Part shown: one piece after another, positions 52,482 through 62,494 of the stretch
How positions within the stretch are numbered: position 1 is the first letter of the stretch
Layout of the letters: every line of letters starts with the position of its first letter
Source of the DNA: Coriobacteriia bacterium
GTDB lineage: Bacteria; Actinomycetota; Coriobacteriia; Anaerosomatales; SLCP01
Length of the DNA stretch: 64,000 nucleotides
Assembly (NCBI GenBank): GCA_030603745.1
Contig: JAUVXE010000007.1
Span: 43,392-107,391 of the forward strand
Reading direction: 5' to 3'
Notes under the pieces: model-generated
What the model saw: the letters and a program-made list of their open reading frames with translations, nothing else
Databases searched by the model: none
What the model was told of the DNA's origin: nothing
Position numbers and translations under genes: made by a program

Positions 52482-52602
52482 CCGGGGCCGGCCGCGACCG
52501 CGCGGTCGGCCGCGACCCTGAGGGCGGACCGCTGACACGAGGCCGGGGACCGGGACGACGACGGGCGGCCCCGTGTCGGGACCGCCCGTCGGCACGTTCG
52601 CA

Positions 52603-52699
52603 TGGCGGAGGCGCGTGCGAATCGAACACACCCGGGACGCTCTTCACGCCCCACTACGGTTTTGAAGACCGCGGAGCCCACCAGGACCCATCCGCCTCC
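52603..52699 (-). tRNA. selC: tRNA-Sec (anticodon UCA), selC
   Basis: 97 nt: GGAGGCGGAUGGGUCCUGGUGGGCUCCGCGGUCUUCAAAACCGUAGUGGGGCGUGAAGAGCGUCCCGGGUGUGUUCGAUUCGCACGCGCCUCCGCCA. The anticodon loop is CU-UCA-AA. It has a 6-bp D-stem (GGGUCC/GGGCUC), a long variable arm, a T-loop UUCGAUU and an encoded CCA. It lies 76 nt downstream of selB. Confidence 0.9.
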
Positions 52700-52774
52700 G
52701 CAGCGGATTGTCCTGGTGGCGCCGCCGAGTGTCAATCAGGGCGCACGCCCCGCGGCGTGGTCGCGCTCTCGGGC

Positions 52775-54682
52775 TCAGCCCTTCCGCAGGACCCGGAGAT
52801 CCCCCTCGCGGCGGGTGAGCCCGGTCGCGTCGAAGTGCTCAAGGAGCGGGATGGCGTACTTGCGGCTCACGCCGAGGACGTCACGCAGCTCGGCGGCGGT
52901 CGCGCCCTCCCGCTCACGCAGGAACGCCGTCATCCGCTCGCCGGCGGCGGTGACGGAGGCCGCGTCGAAGTGCAGGTCGGGACCGAGCCGGACCACCGCG
53001 CCCTCGGCGACCAGACGCGTGAGCACCTTGCGCGCGACACCGGCGTCGACGCCTGCCTCCTCGGCCCATCCGGCCACGGTCTTGGGGGCGAGCGCGTCGC
53101 GCGCGACGAGCGGCGCGAGCGCGTCGTAGGCGGCCTGCTCCTCGGCGAGCGCCGAGACCGCGGCCGCGGGGTGGCGGACCTGGCCGCGCTCGGCCACGGC
53201 CGTACCGCGCGCGGCGGCGACCTCGAGGAGCGCGTCGAAGGTCTTGGGCGCGAGCCGGCGGTCGACCCGGTCGCGCAGCGCGAGCGTCGCGATGCCGGTG
53301 GCCTTCGGCTCCGCCTCGTGGAACGCGAGCAGCTCGCGCTCGATGGCGGCGGCCAGCCCGTCGAGCGCCTCGGCGGTCACGAAGAGCGTCTCGCCGCCGG
53401 CCTTCACCCGCTCGAGGCCGGACGCCCTGTTGAGCTCGTCGGCGACCTGGGCTCGCACGACGCCGAGGGCCGCCGCGACCTCGGCCGACGACATCGGGAT
53501 CCCGCGGGCGGCGAGCAGGCCCACGCTCGCCCCCGACAGGTCGCCCGCGAGCAGCGCCTCGAGGAGTTCGCGCTCGTGGGGCTTGGGCCTCGAGCGGCGC
53601 GGCGGCATCACGTCGAGCACCGTGCCGCCGCCGATGGTGTAGACCGGCGAGTACGACCGCACGATGAAGCGGTCGCCGTAACGGGGAGCGAGCGGCTCCT
53701 CCAGCCGGACCTGCGCGAGCGAGGAGCCGCCCGGCGCGAGCTCGTCGCCGTCCATGAGCAGCACGCGCCCGAGCACCTCCCGCGTCCCGTGGTGCACGTG
53801 CACGCGGGTGCCGGAGGTGAACGACTCGGTGGCCCCGGGCTCGCCGAGGAAGGTGAAGCGCGCGTCGAACCGGTCGGTGACCGAGAGCGTCCCGGGCGCG
53901 GCGATGACGTCCCCGCGCGCGATCTCGTCGCGGTCGAGCCCGGCTATGTTGAGCGCCACGCGCTGGCCGGCGCTCGCCTTCGCGACGGCCTCCGAGTGCA
54001 CCTGCACGCCGCGGACGCGGCCCTCGCGTCCGGCGGGCAGGACCTCGACCGGGTCGTCCTTGGCGGCCTGGCCGGACCACAGCGTGCCGGTGACGACCGT
54101 GCCCGCGCCCGCGATCGTGAACACGCGGTCGACCGGCAGGCGCATCGGGAGGTTCGCCTGGCGCGCGGGCGCCTCGCCCGCGATCGCGTCGAGCGCGGCG
54201 AGCAGGTCGGGGATGCCCGCGCCGGTCGCGGCGGAGACCGGCACGACCGCGGCGCCCTCGATCGACGTGCCCTCGAGCAGCGTTCCGACCTCCTCGGTCA
54301 CGAGTTCGATCCAGTCCGGCTCGGCGAGGTCGGCCTTGGTGAGCGCCACCACCCCCCGGTCCACGCCGAGGAGATCGAGGATCGCGAGGTGCTCGCGGGT
54401 CTGCGGCATGACGCCGTCGTCCGCGGCGATCACGAGCAGCACCACGTCGACGCCGGTCGCGCCGGCGACCATGTGGCGCACGAACCGCTCGTGGCCGGGC
54501 ACGTCGACGACCCCCATCGTCCGCCCGCTCGGCAGCTCGAGGCGCGCGAACCCGAGCTCGATGGTGATGCCGCGCTCTTTCTCCTCGGCGAGACGATCGG
54601 GGTCGGTGCCGGTGAGCGCCTTGATGAGCGTGGACTTGCCGTGGTCGATATGGCCCGCGGTGCCGAGGACGAGCGAGGGCAT
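52775..54682 (-). CDS. selB: Selenocysteine-specific translation elongation factor SelB
   Basis: 635 aa with GTPase motifs ([26 protein letters not shown]). A long C-terminal winged-helix extension, typical of bacterial SelB, follows. Confidence 0.95.
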   Translation of the reverse strand: MPSLVLGTAGHIDHGKSTLIKALTGTDPDRLAEEKERGITIELGFARLELPSGRTMGVVDVPGHERFVRHMVAGATGVDVVLLVIAADDGVMPQTREHLAILDLLGVDRGVVALTKADLAEPDWIELVTEEVGTLLEGTSIEGAAVVPVSAATGAGIPDLLAALDAIAGEAPARQANLPMRLPVDRVFTIAGAGTVVTGTLWSGQAAKDDPVEVLPAGREGRVRGVQVHSEAVAKASAGQRVALNIAGLDRDEIARGDVIAAPGTLSVTDRFDARFTFLGEPGATESFTSGTRVHVHHGTREVLGRVLLMDGDELAPGGSSLAQVRLEEPLAPRYGDRFIVRSYSPVYTIGGGTVLDVMPPRRSRPKPHERELLEALLAGDLSGASVGLLAARGIPMSSAEVAAALGVVRAQVADELNRASGLERVKAGGETLFVTAEALDGLAAAIERELLAFHEAEPKATGIATLALRDRVDRRLAPKTFDALLEVAAARGTAVAERGQVRHPAAAVSALAEEQAAYDALAPLVARDALAPKTVAGWAEEAGVDAGVARKVLTRLVAEGAVVRLGPDLHFDAASVTAAGERMTAFLREREGATAAELRDVLGVSRKYAIPLLEHFDATGLTRREGDLRVLRKG

Positions 54683-54688
54683 GCGCGC

Positions 54689-56110
54689 CTACGCCCCCTC
54701 GCCGAGGACGGCCGCGATGCGGGCGGCGACCTCGGGCTCCTCGGCGGGGCCGAGGGTACGTGGGTCGAGGAGGAGGCGGTCGTCCTTGATGCGGGCGACG
54801 ACGGACGGCTCGCCGAGACGCAGCCGCCGCTCGAGCTCGACCACGCTCACCGAGCGCGGCAGCACGCGTACGACGGTGGTCGGGATGTCGGCCATCGGCA
54901 GCGCGCCGCCGCCGGCGCGGGAGACGTCCGGTGCGGTGTCGACGTCGGCCGCCGCTGTCGCGATCGCATCGGCGCCGCCGCACGCGTCCGCGATGCGCGC
55001 CGCGAACGCCGAGGCGCGCGCGGCGACCTCATCGGCGGGCATGGTGAGCATGCGGAGGGTGGGGATCTCGGCGATGGCGACCGACTCGTCGGCGTAGGCC
55101 CGCAGCGTGACCTCGAGGGCGGCGAGCGTCAGCTTGTCGAGGCGCAGCGCGCGCGCCATCGGATGCTGCTTGAGGGCGCGGATCACGTGGTCGCGACCCA
55201 CGAGGATGCCCGCCTGCGGTCCCCCGAGCAGCTTGTCGCCCGAGCACGACACCAGGTCGGCGCCCGCGGCGATCGACTCGCCCACGGTGGGCTCGTAGGG
55301 CAGCCCGTAGCGGCGCAGGTCGACGAGCACGCCCGAACCCTGGTCCTCGAAGACGGTCACGCCGTGGCGCGCCCCGAGCTCCACGAGCTCGGCGACGCCG
55401 ACCTCCTGCGTGAAGCCGACCACGCGGAAGTTGCTCGAGTGCACCTTGAGGATCATGCCGGTCTCGGGCGTGATGGCGTTCTCGTAGTCGCGCAGGTGCG
55501 TCTTGTTGGTGGCGCCGACCTCGACCATCGTCGCACCCGACTCGCGCATGATGTCCGGGATGCGGAACGACCCGCCGATCTCGACGAGCTGCCCGCGGCT
55601 GACGATCGCCTCCCTGCCGCGGGCGAGCGCGGCGAGCGCCATCATGACCGCGGCGGCGTTGTTGTTGACGGCCATCGCCGCCTCGGCGCCGGTGAGGCGA
55701 CAGAGCAGCTCCTCGCAGTGGACGTGGCGGCTCCCCCGCTCGCCGCTCTCGACGTCGAACTCGAGGGTCGAGTAGGAGCGGGCGACCTCGGCGACCGCCT
55801 CGGCGGCGCGCTCGGAGAGGACCGAACGGCCGAGGTTCGTGTGCACCACGATGCCGGTCGCGTTGATCACCCGGCGCAGGCTGCGGCGGGACTTGAGCGC
55901 GAGCCGCGCGGCGACCTCGCCGAGGAACGCCTCGGCATCGAAGCGGGAGGACTCATCGGCGACGAGACGCGACCGCGTGTGGTCGAGGACCTCGCGGACC
56001 GCCTCGAGCACGAGCGCGCGGGGGTGCTCGCCGAGCATGCCGGCGGCCTCCGCGTCGCGGAGCGCGTCGTCGACCTTGGGGAGCTGCCGGAGTCTCGCCT
56101 GGGTGTCCAT
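54689..56110 (-). CDS. selA: L-seryl-tRNA(Sec) selenium transferase SelA
   Basis: 473 aa with [18 protein letters not shown]...[11 protein letters not shown]...[17 protein letters not shown]...[12 protein letters not shown] (PLP lysine). Confidence 0.95.
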   Translation of the reverse strand: MDTQARLRQLPKVDDALRDAEAAGMLGEHPRALVLEAVREVLDHTRSRLVADESSRFDAEAFLGEVAARLALKSRRSLRRVINATGIVVHTNLGRSVLSERAAEAVAEVARSYSTLEFDVESGERGSRHVHCEELLCRLTGAEAAMAVNNNAAAVMMALAALARGREAIVSRGQLVEIGGSFRIPDIMRESGATMVEVGATNKTHLRDYENAITPETGMILKVHSSNFRVVGFTQEVGVAELVELGARHGVTVFEDQGSGVLVDLRRYGLPYEPTVGESIAAGADLVSCSGDKLLGGPQAGILVGRDHVIRALKQHPMARALRLDKLTLAALEVTLRAYADESVAIAEIPTLRMLTMPADEVAARASAFAARIADACGGADAIATAAADVDTAPDVSRAGGGALPMADIPTTVVRVLPRSVSVVELERRLRLGEPSVVARIKDDRLLLDPRTLGPAEEPEVAARIAAVLGEGA

Positions 56111-56222
56111 GCGCGTGATTCTACCTGTTACGGGCGGTGACCGCGACGGCCGACCGCCCGGGCGCCCGGCGGGGGCGTCGGGCGGGGCGGCGTCGGGCGG
56201 GCCTTCGTCAAGCGGGCCTTCG

Positions 56223-56561
56223 TCAGGCGATCGTCACCACGTCATCCGCGCCGAGGAGCGCGTCGACCGCGTCGGCCATCGCGCCGACCTCGCCCACCGC
56301 GAGCGCGTCGGTCAGGCCGAGGTAGTCAAGACAGGTGCCGCACGCCTTGACCGCCACACCCCCCTGGACCGCCAGCCGCAGGTCGTCGAGCACCTCGGAG
56401 CCCTCGCACGCCAGGCGCACGCCCTCGTTCATCAGCATGATCGCCCGGGGTGGCTCACCCGCGCGCGCGACGGAGTAGACGAAGTTGCGCATGAGGACCC
56501 GCCCGAGCTCGGCGTCCGAGCTCCCGATGCGGTCGGTGAGGATGAGCACGCGCTTGGCCAT
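56223..56561 (-). CDS. DsrE/YedF-C-terminal-like sulfur/selenium-transfer protein
   Basis: 112 aa: MAKRVLILTDRIGSSDAELGRVLMRNF...IMLMNEGVRLA...VKACGTCLDYLGL. This looks like a DsrE-fold selenium-metabolism YedF-type domain. It sits between selD and selA. Confidence 0.65.
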   Translation of the reverse strand: MAKRVLILTDRIGSSDAELGRVLMRNFVYSVARAGEPPRAIMLMNEGVRLACEGSEVLDDLRLAVQGGVAVKACGTCLDYLGLTDALAVGEVGAMADAVDALLGADDVVTIA

Positions 56562-56690
56562 GGCGTCCTCCTGCCGTCGTGCGAGCGCACGGCCTTCGCC
56601 CGGGCAGCCCCGGTGAGATAAGTGCGAGTCGCGTTGCCGATTCAGCGGAGATTATACCGGAGCGCCGCCGCGGCGACACCCGCGCCCGAC

Positions 56691-57722
56691 TCAGCGAACG
56701 AACACCGCTCCCGGCTCCCCCGCGAGCATCCGCCCGATCACGGCAGCCGGCTCGCCGCGCCGCTCGAGGGCGCCGACGAGGTCACCGGCACGCTCCGGCG
56801 GCAGCGCCATGAGCAGACCGCCGCTCGTCTGGGGGTCGCAGAGGACCTCTTTCCACTCGGTCTGGAGCCCGTCCCACTCGGCGAACGGGTCGAGGTGGGT
56901 GATGACGTCGATCGTCCTGCCGGGCCGGACGCCCCGCCGCGCGTAGTCGAGCGCGCCCTCCCAGACCGGCACGGCCGCGGTCTCGATCTCGACGGCGAGC
57001 CCGCTGCCGAGCGCCATCTCCCGCGCGTGGCCGAGGAGACCGAAGCCGGTGACGTCGGTGGCCGCGTTCACGCCGACCTCCACCATCGCCTCGGCGGCCG
57101 CCGCGTTCAGATGCGCCATCGAAGCGATGACCTCGCGAAGCGTCTCGGCGGTCTCGAGGCCGGCCTTGAGCGCGGTGTTCATGATGCCCACGCCGATGCG
57201 CTTGGTGAGCACGAGCGCGTCGCCCTCCCGCGCGCCGACGTTGCGCACGACCGCGTCGGGGGCCGCCTCCCCCATGACCGAGAGGCCGAACTTGGGCTCC
57301 TTGTCGTCGATCGTGTGCCCGCCGACGACGAGCACGCCCGCCTCGGCACACGCGTCGGAGCCGCCCTGCAGCACGCGCGCGACGATCGCCGGGTCCATCG
57401 AACAGGGGAACGCGAGCAGGTTCATCGCGGTCAGCGGCCGACCGCCCATCGCGTAGATGTCGGAGAGCGCGTTGGCCGCGGTGATCCTCCCGAAGTCGTA
57501 CGGGTCGTCGACCATGGGCGTGAAGAAGTCGACCGTGAGCAGCACGGCACGGTCACCGAGCAGGTAGACCGCCGCGTCGTCGCTCGTCTCGAAGCCGACC
57601 ATGAGCCGTTCCGACGCTCCGGGAGCGATCGCGGAGAGCACGTTCGCGAGGTCCTCCGGACCCCACTTCGCCGCTCAACCGGCCTTGCTCGAGAGTTCTG
57701 TGAGCCGAACGGGTCCCGTCAC
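56691..57722 (-). CDS. selD: Selenide, water dikinase SelD; itself a selenoprotein (in-frame TGA at 57675..57677)
   Basis: Track ORF 56691..57641 lacks the N-terminus. Extending the frame upstream through the TGA gives V-TGPVRLTELSSKAG-U-AAKWGPEDLANVLSAI, the SelD glycine-rich active-site loop with Sec in place of Cys. GTG 57722 lies 3 nt after the upstream gene stop. The rest of the protein is SelD-like (DDAAVY, FFTPMVDDPYDFGRITAANALSDIYAMGG, VGGHTIDD). Confidence 0.9.
57648..57664 (-). promoter_or_regulatory. Candidate SECIS hairpin for the selD TGA
   Basis: The mRNA reads UGA GCG GCG AAG UGG GGU CCG GAG GAC CUC. GGGGUCC/GGACCUC forms a 7-bp stem starting 11 nt after the UGA. The triloop is very small, so the exact fold is uncertain. 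Confidence 0.45.
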
Positions 57723-57725
57723 CGC

Positions 57726-59093
57726 CTACAACTCCTTCAGGTGCTCGTAGAGCGAATCGTCGGGGAAGGGCTCGGTGGGCAGGGCGAACAGGAAGCCCTG
57801 GCCGTAGCGGACGCCGAGCTCGCGAACGGTCGCGAGCTCCTCGGCGGTCTCGATGCCCTCGGCGATGAGCTTGACGCCCACGCTCTCGGCGAACTGGACG
57901 AGACTGTGGATGAGCGAACAGCGCACCTCGTCGGCGTCGCAGTTGCGCACGAGCGAGATGTCGACCTTGAGCCACTCGGGATGCACCTCGGCGAGGCACT
58001 GCAGCGAACCGTAGCCGGCACCGGCGTCGTCCACCGCGATGGAGAAGCCGAGCGCCCGCAGGTACTCGAGCGTGGCCCGAAACGTCGTGAAGTCCGAGAT
58101 CGCGGTCCGCTCGGTGAGCTCGAGCACGATGCGGTCGGGCGTGACGCTGGAGTTGGCGAGCAGGGTACCGGTCATCGCCTCGCGCAGTTCGGGGTCGGCG
58201 ACCGCGTCGGGTTCGATGTTGATGAAGATCGTGCGCCCCTCGGGCAGCGTGTCGGCGGCCTGGACCGCCTTCTTGCGGCAGAGCCGCTCGAGCCGCATGA
58301 CGAGGTCGGCGTCGTAGGCGACCTTGAACAGCTTGTCGGGGCGCTCGAACTCGCTCTTCTCCGGCCCGCGCGAGAGTGCCTCGTAGCCCACGACGCTCAT
58401 GTCGCCCAGGTCGAACACCGGATGCACGAGCGTGCGGACCTCCTCGGCGTCGATGATATCGCGCAGGCGCCGCTTGCGCGTCTCCGCGTCTACCGCCTCG
58501 CGCGTGGCCGAGTCGTGCAGCGCCGCGTCGAGCCCCGCATGCACGAGACGCTCGAGGCGCGCGTTGGGGTCGTGCGTGATCGTGGCCGCGCCCACGTAGC
58601 AGCCGAACTTGCGGAAGACCTCGGGCTCGACCTGCTCGCCGAGGAACGCGCGGATGCTCTCCTCGACCCGCTGCACCACGAGCTGGCGCGAGTCGGCGTC
58701 CATGCGCAGCGACGCGCGGGGCGGCGAGAGGACGACCACGAACGAGTTACCGGAGATCATGATCTCGGCGATGATGTCGGCGTCGCGCAGCACCGTGCCG
58801 GTGATCGACTCGAGCGCCCGGGCGACGTGGCGCATGACGTCGTCGAAGACCTTCCACCCGTAGATCTCCTCGATCTTGGAGTAGCGGACCACGTTCACGC
58901 AGAGCAGCGTGACCTCGTTGCGCTCCTCGAGCAGCACCTGGATGCGGGGGAAGAGCAGCGGGGTGGTAGGCAGGCCGGTGACCGGGTCGAAGAGCAGGCG
59001 CCGGACCTCGGGGTGGGACTCGATCACATCGGCGAACTCGAGCCACGACTCCAACAGGAAGTTGTGGCCGTCTCCATGGTGCGAGGATTGCAC
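57726..59093 (-). CDS. Degenerate-GGDEF + EAL domain protein (putative c-di-GMP phosphodiesterase)
   Basis: 455 aa. The GGDEF-like domain has ISGNSFVVVL in place of the GG(D/E)EF site. The EAL domain motifs are VGYEALSRGP, INIEP, ELTER, IAVDDAGAGYGSLQ and KVDISLV, with a C-terminal stretch QGFLFALP. Confidence 0.85.
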   Translation of the reverse strand: MQSSHHGDGHNFLLESWLEFADVIESHPEVRRLLFDPVTGLPTTPLLFPRIQVLLEERNEVTLLCVNVVRYSKIEEIYGWKVFDDVMRHVARALESITGTVLRDADIIAEIMISGNSFVVVLSPPRASLRMDADSRQLVVQRVEESIRAFLGEQVEPEVFRKFGCYVGAATITHDPNARLERLVHAGLDAALHDSATREAVDAETRKRRLRDIIDAEEVRTLVHPVFDLGDMSVVGYEALSRGPEKSEFERPDKLFKVAYDADLVMRLERLCRKKAVQAADTLPEGRTIFINIEPDAVADPELREAMTGTLLANSSVTPDRIVLELTERTAISDFTTFRATLEYLRALGFSIAVDDAGAGYGSLQCLAEVHPEWLKVDISLVRNCDADEVRCSLIHSLVQFAESVGVKLIAEGIETAEELATVRELGVRYGQGFLFALPTEPFPDDSLYEHLKEL

Positions 59094-59152
59094 GTGCCCT
59101 CCGATCCCGCGCGGTCGTCGCGCACAGTCTACACCGACTCGGGCAACGAACC

Positions 59153-61327
59153 CTATCCGTACGAGAGCCGCAGCGCGAGAGCGCCGTTCGCCGCGAGCGG
59201 CACGGCGAGGTCCGTCGAACCGACCACGACCGGCTGTCCGCCCCGGACGTCGGCGACCGCGGTCACCGCACGGTCGAACACGAGCCCGACATCGACCGTG
59301 GCAGGCTCGTGGTTCAGCAGCACGAGGATGTCCTCGCCCTCGCCCGCGAACAGGCCGAGTTCGACGCCGGGCGCGTCACAGGCAACGGGCGCCCCGCACC
59401 CGGCCGCGCTCGCGACCGCCGCGTAGACGGTCCGCAGAAGCGCCGTGACCGCCCCGGGCGGCGCCCACGGGTCGCCCTGCGCGAGGGCGCGCTCGAGCGG
59501 CGCGGCACAGAGCACCGCCCGTCCCTGTCCGGCCTGGTTGAGCGTGAGGAGCGGGCTGCCGGTCGCGTCCGTCGCGACCACCGTGGCGCCCGCCTGACCG
59601 AGCAGCGCGAACGACGGCACGTCGAGCCGGGCGTCGAACGAGGTCAGGTGCCCGAGGACGTCGGGCTGCGCGATGCGGCAGGAGAGCGTCGCGCGCGCAC
59701 CGCCGTCGCCGAGGAACTCCACGCCGAAGAGCTCCCGCACGATGTCGGGAGCGTCGCCGCCCCCGTAGGAGAGCAGGAGCGAGCCGCCGCCCTGGACCCA
59801 CGCGGAGAGGCGCTCCCAGGTGGAGTCCTCGAGCGAGAACGCCGAGGGGACCACGATCACCGAGTAGGGGTCCAACGAGTCCCCCTCGTGTACGACGGTC
59901 ACCGGGACGTGCGCCTCCTTGGCCGCGATGTAGGCCTGGAGACACGCACGGGGGTCGTAGAGGGAGGCGAGGTTCGGCAAGGGCTCGAAGCGCTCGGCGG
60001 GGAGGAGCACCGCGGTGCGCTCCTGCACGAGCGTGTACCGGCGCAGGTCGATGCGCGCCGCCACCCGCGCGAAGGAGGCGACCTCCGACATCACGGGCTT
60101 GGGTTCGTCGTCGATGTCGCGCACGCCCACGAGCACCTCGAACGGGTCGCGGAAGTACGGCTCGCGCCGCTCGGTGTCCAGATCGCGCCACCGGCGCAGG
60201 AGCACGCCGGCCGCGCGGTTCATGAGGCCGGAGTAGAGCGCCGTCCTGACGGCCGCGCTCTCCTCGGCGTGAGAGTGGTCGAGCGAGTGCACGCCCACGT
60301 CGTCGAGGAGGACCGGGACCCCGCCCGACGCGCTGCGCAGCAGGAACGAGTCGAGGTAGGTCGAGGGGCCGGAGGTGAGCGGGCCCTCGGCGGCGTAGGC
60401 CCGGTAGGGCGCGGTCACGTGGCTGACGGCGATCTCGGAGGGCCCGAGCGCGGCGCGGGCGTCGACGCCTGTGTGGCGGAAGAGCGTCTCGGGGTCGACC
60501 GAGAGCAGCACGGGGCGGTCCGGGTCGACCTCGCGGACCGCGTCGCGCATCGTCTCCGCCCACGCCGCCAGGTCGTCGGCCGAGGTGAAGCCGGTGCAGA
60601 ACGCCTCGTTGGCGAGGTCCCAGCCGAAGATCGCCGGCTCGGCGCGGTAGCGGTTGACGACGCGCTGGATGAGCGCGGTCTGGCGCTGGAGCAGGTACGG
60701 GTCGGTGTGCGGGTCGCGCTTGCGGCCCCACGGCACGTCGAGCATCTCGGCGAGGCGGTCGTCGGCGAAGAAGCAGACGATGAGCTGCAGCTTGTGGCGG
60801 CGCGCGGCCTCCACGAGCTCCTGCAGGCGGTCCTCGGCGGCGTCAGCGTACTGCCCCACCTGCGGCTCGAGGCTCTTCCAGGAGAGGAACACGCGCACGA
60901 GCGTCAGGCGCGCCTCGGCGAAGGCGGCGAAGTCGGCCTCGGGGTCCGCCGCGTACCAGTCGTCCCATCCGCTCGTCTCCGCGTCGAGCGGGTAGTGGTT
61001 CACGCCGAGGGGGAAGAGCGCGTTGCGGCGCGGAGCGCGGCCGGGCGCCGGTGCGGGCTCGGCGGCGGGCGTGGGCTCCTCGGCGGGCAGCGCGTCGGCG
61101 GGTGCGGGGGTGCCGGGCGCGTCGGCGCCGTGGTCGGCGAGCGGCTCGAGGTCGGCGGCGATACCCTCCGACTGGGCGGCGGGTCCTCCGGGCACGGGCG
61201 TGTCGGGAGCGGCGGCGCCGTCCGGACGGTCGTCCGCCGAGGCGGCCTCGGTCGCGGGTGCGGCCTCGGCGGGCGTGCGCGGCGCGGCGCTGCGACGGTC
61301 GCGCGGTCCCTTCCTGCGGGTGGGCAC
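59153..61327 (-). CDS. Glycoside-hydrolase-like TIM-barrel protein (GH5/GH42-like) with disordered Ala/Pro-rich N-terminus
   Basis: 724 aa. After about 100 low-complexity residues it reads GVNHYPLD...VRVFLSWKSLEP...IFGWDLANEA, an N-E acid/base-like motif. The later VTVVHEGDSLDPYSVIVVPSAF...GGGSLLLSYGG resembles the GH42 trimerisation domain. The family call is tentative. Confidence 0.55.
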   Translation of the reverse strand: MPTRRKGPRDRRSAAPRTPAEAAPATEAASADDRPDGAAAPDTPVPGGPAAQSEGIAADLEPLADHGADAPGTPAPADALPAEEPTPAAEPAPAPGRAPRRNALFPLGVNHYPLDAETSGWDDWYAADPEADFAAFAEARLTLVRVFLSWKSLEPQVGQYADAAEDRLQELVEAARRHKLQLIVCFFADDRLAEMLDVPWGRKRDPHTDPYLLQRQTALIQRVVNRYRAEPAIFGWDLANEAFCTGFTSADDLAAWAETMRDAVREVDPDRPVLLSVDPETLFRHTGVDARAALGPSEIAVSHVTAPYRAYAAEGPLTSGPSTYLDSFLLRSASGGVPVLLDDVGVHSLDHSHAEESAAVRTALYSGLMNRAAGVLLRRWRDLDTERREPYFRDPFEVLVGVRDIDDEPKPVMSEVASFARVAARIDLRRYTLVQERTAVLLPAERFEPLPNLASLYDPRACLQAYIAAKEAHVPVTVVHEGDSLDPYSVIVVPSAFSLEDSTWERLSAWVQGGGSLLLSYGGGDAPDIVRELFGVEFLGDGGARATLSCRIAQPDVLGHLTSFDARLDVPSFALLGQAGATVVATDATGSPLLTLNQAGQGRAVLCAAPLERALAQGDPWAPPGAVTALLRTVYAAVASAAGCGAPVACDAPGVELGLFAGEGEDILVLLNHEPATVDVGLVFDRAVTAVADVRGGQPVVVGSTDLAVPLAANGALALRLSYG

Positions 61328-61330
61328 GGC

Positions 61331-62494
61331 TTACGACCTCCCCTCGGCGTACTCGTCGTAGAGGGCCCAGAACAGCCCCTGTCGTCTCGTGTCGTGATAG
61401 GCGGCGCGGCGGATCTCCCAGTCGGCCTCGGCGTGACGGCCCTCGGTGAAGAGCACCGCGGCGAGCCCGAAGCGCGCTCGCACGCACGCCGGGTCGAGCG
61501 CGACGGCGGTCAGGTACGATTCGCGAGCGGCGCTGAACCGCTGCAGCGCGAGGAGCGACTCGGCGAGCAGGACGTGCGGCATGGGCTCGTCGGGGACCGC
61601 CTTGGCGAGCGCGGAGAAGACCCGGGCGGCGTGCCGCGCGAGCCCCTGGCGCCGGGCGAACGCCACGCCGAGGCAGTAGACCGCCGTGGGCGTGCGGGTC
61701 GAGATCGTGAGCGCGCGCAGGGCGCACGCCATCGCCTCGTTCGCCGCCTCCTGCTTCAGATACAGGTAGGACGCCAGGCCGAGCGCCTCGGCGTCGTCGG
61801 CGTCCTCGTCGAGGATGAGCCGGATGAGCTCGGCGGCGGCGAAGTAGTCCTCCTCGAAGGCGAGGCCGTAGGCCGCGGCGATGCGGCTCTTGCGGTCGGG
61901 CGGGACGTCCGCGGGGTCGGGCGCCTCCTCACCGTCGTCGTAGACGCCGGCGAGCGAGAAGAAGAGATCGTCCTGGCTCGGGTCGAGCTCGCCGGCTTTG
62001 CGAAAGCCGGGAAGCGCCGTCGCCATACCCTCGCGTTTGAGGGCCGCCACGGCGAGGTTGTACATCGCGCGCGCCTCGCTCGGGTCGAGTTCGAGCGCGC
62101 GTCGCCACGCGTCGATGGCCTCCTCCTCGAAGGCCGCGGCCGCGAACGCCTCCCCGAGCTGCACGTGGGCCGTGACGAGATCGGGCACCACCTCGGCGAG
62201 CTCGTGCCACACGAGGATCGAGCGGTCCCACATCCCCCCGCGCCGGTCGTAGGCCAGTCCGAGCGCGAGATAGGCGGGCGCGCACTCCGGGTCGAGCTCG
62301 ATGGCCCGGCTCGCGGCCGAGATCGCCTCGTCGTAGAAGTCGCCCGAGAGCATGAGCTCGGCGAGCAGGCAGTGGACGAACGGGTCGGACTCGTCGATGC
62401 GCAGCGCCTGGTAGCAGGCGTTGACGGCGGGCGCGACGTGCCCCTGGCGCGCGAGCCCCTCGGCGAGCCTGACCTGCTGGGATCGCCCGGTCAC
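61331..62494 (-). CDS. TPR-repeat protein
   Basis: GTG 62494 overlaps the upstream stop (GTGA). It carries many TPR units (AYLALGLAYDRRGGMWDRSILVWHELAEVVPD, MYNLAVAALKREGMATALPGFRKAGELDPS). The upstream part of track ORF 61331..62995 is Arg-rich artefact. Confidence 0.75.
   Translation of the reverse strand: MTGRSQQVRLAEGLARQGHVAPAVNACYQALRIDESDPFVHCLLAELMLSGDFYDEAISAASRAIELDPECAPAYLALGLAYDRRGGMWDRSILVWHELAEVVPDLVTAHVQLGEAFAAAAFEEEAIDAWRRALELDPSEARAMYNLAVAALKREGMATALPGFRKAGELDPSQDDLFFSLAGVYDDGEEAPDPADVPPDRKSRIAAAYGLAFEEDYFAAAELIRLILDEDADDAEALGLASYLYLKQEAANEAMACALRALTISTRTPTAVYCLGVAFARRQGLARHAARVFSALAKAVPDEPMPHVLLAESLLALQRFSAARESYLTAVALDPACVRARFGLAAVLFTEGRHAEADWEIRRAAYHDTRRQGLFWALYDEYAEGRS

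Noticed and set aside
51881-56140. Very long plus-strand ORF (1419 aa). Similar giants occur at 5331..8513, 15173..18175, 56622..59426, 59309..62857 and 19352..21310.
   Set aside because: All lie antisense to genes with clear family signatures (selA/selB, cytochromes, fdnG-like, EAL, GH-like). Their translations are low-complexity, rich in Arg, Gly, Asp, Ala and Val, with no recognisable motifs. This is the expected stop-codon-poor antisense artefact in very GC-rich DNA.
56651-56656. TATAAT hexamer (minus strand) before the yedF-like/selA/selB genes, considered as a promoter feature.
   Set aside because: I found no convincing -35 element at 16-19 nt, and a lone hexamer is weak evidence. It is mentioned under the sel-locus finding rather than listed as a feature.
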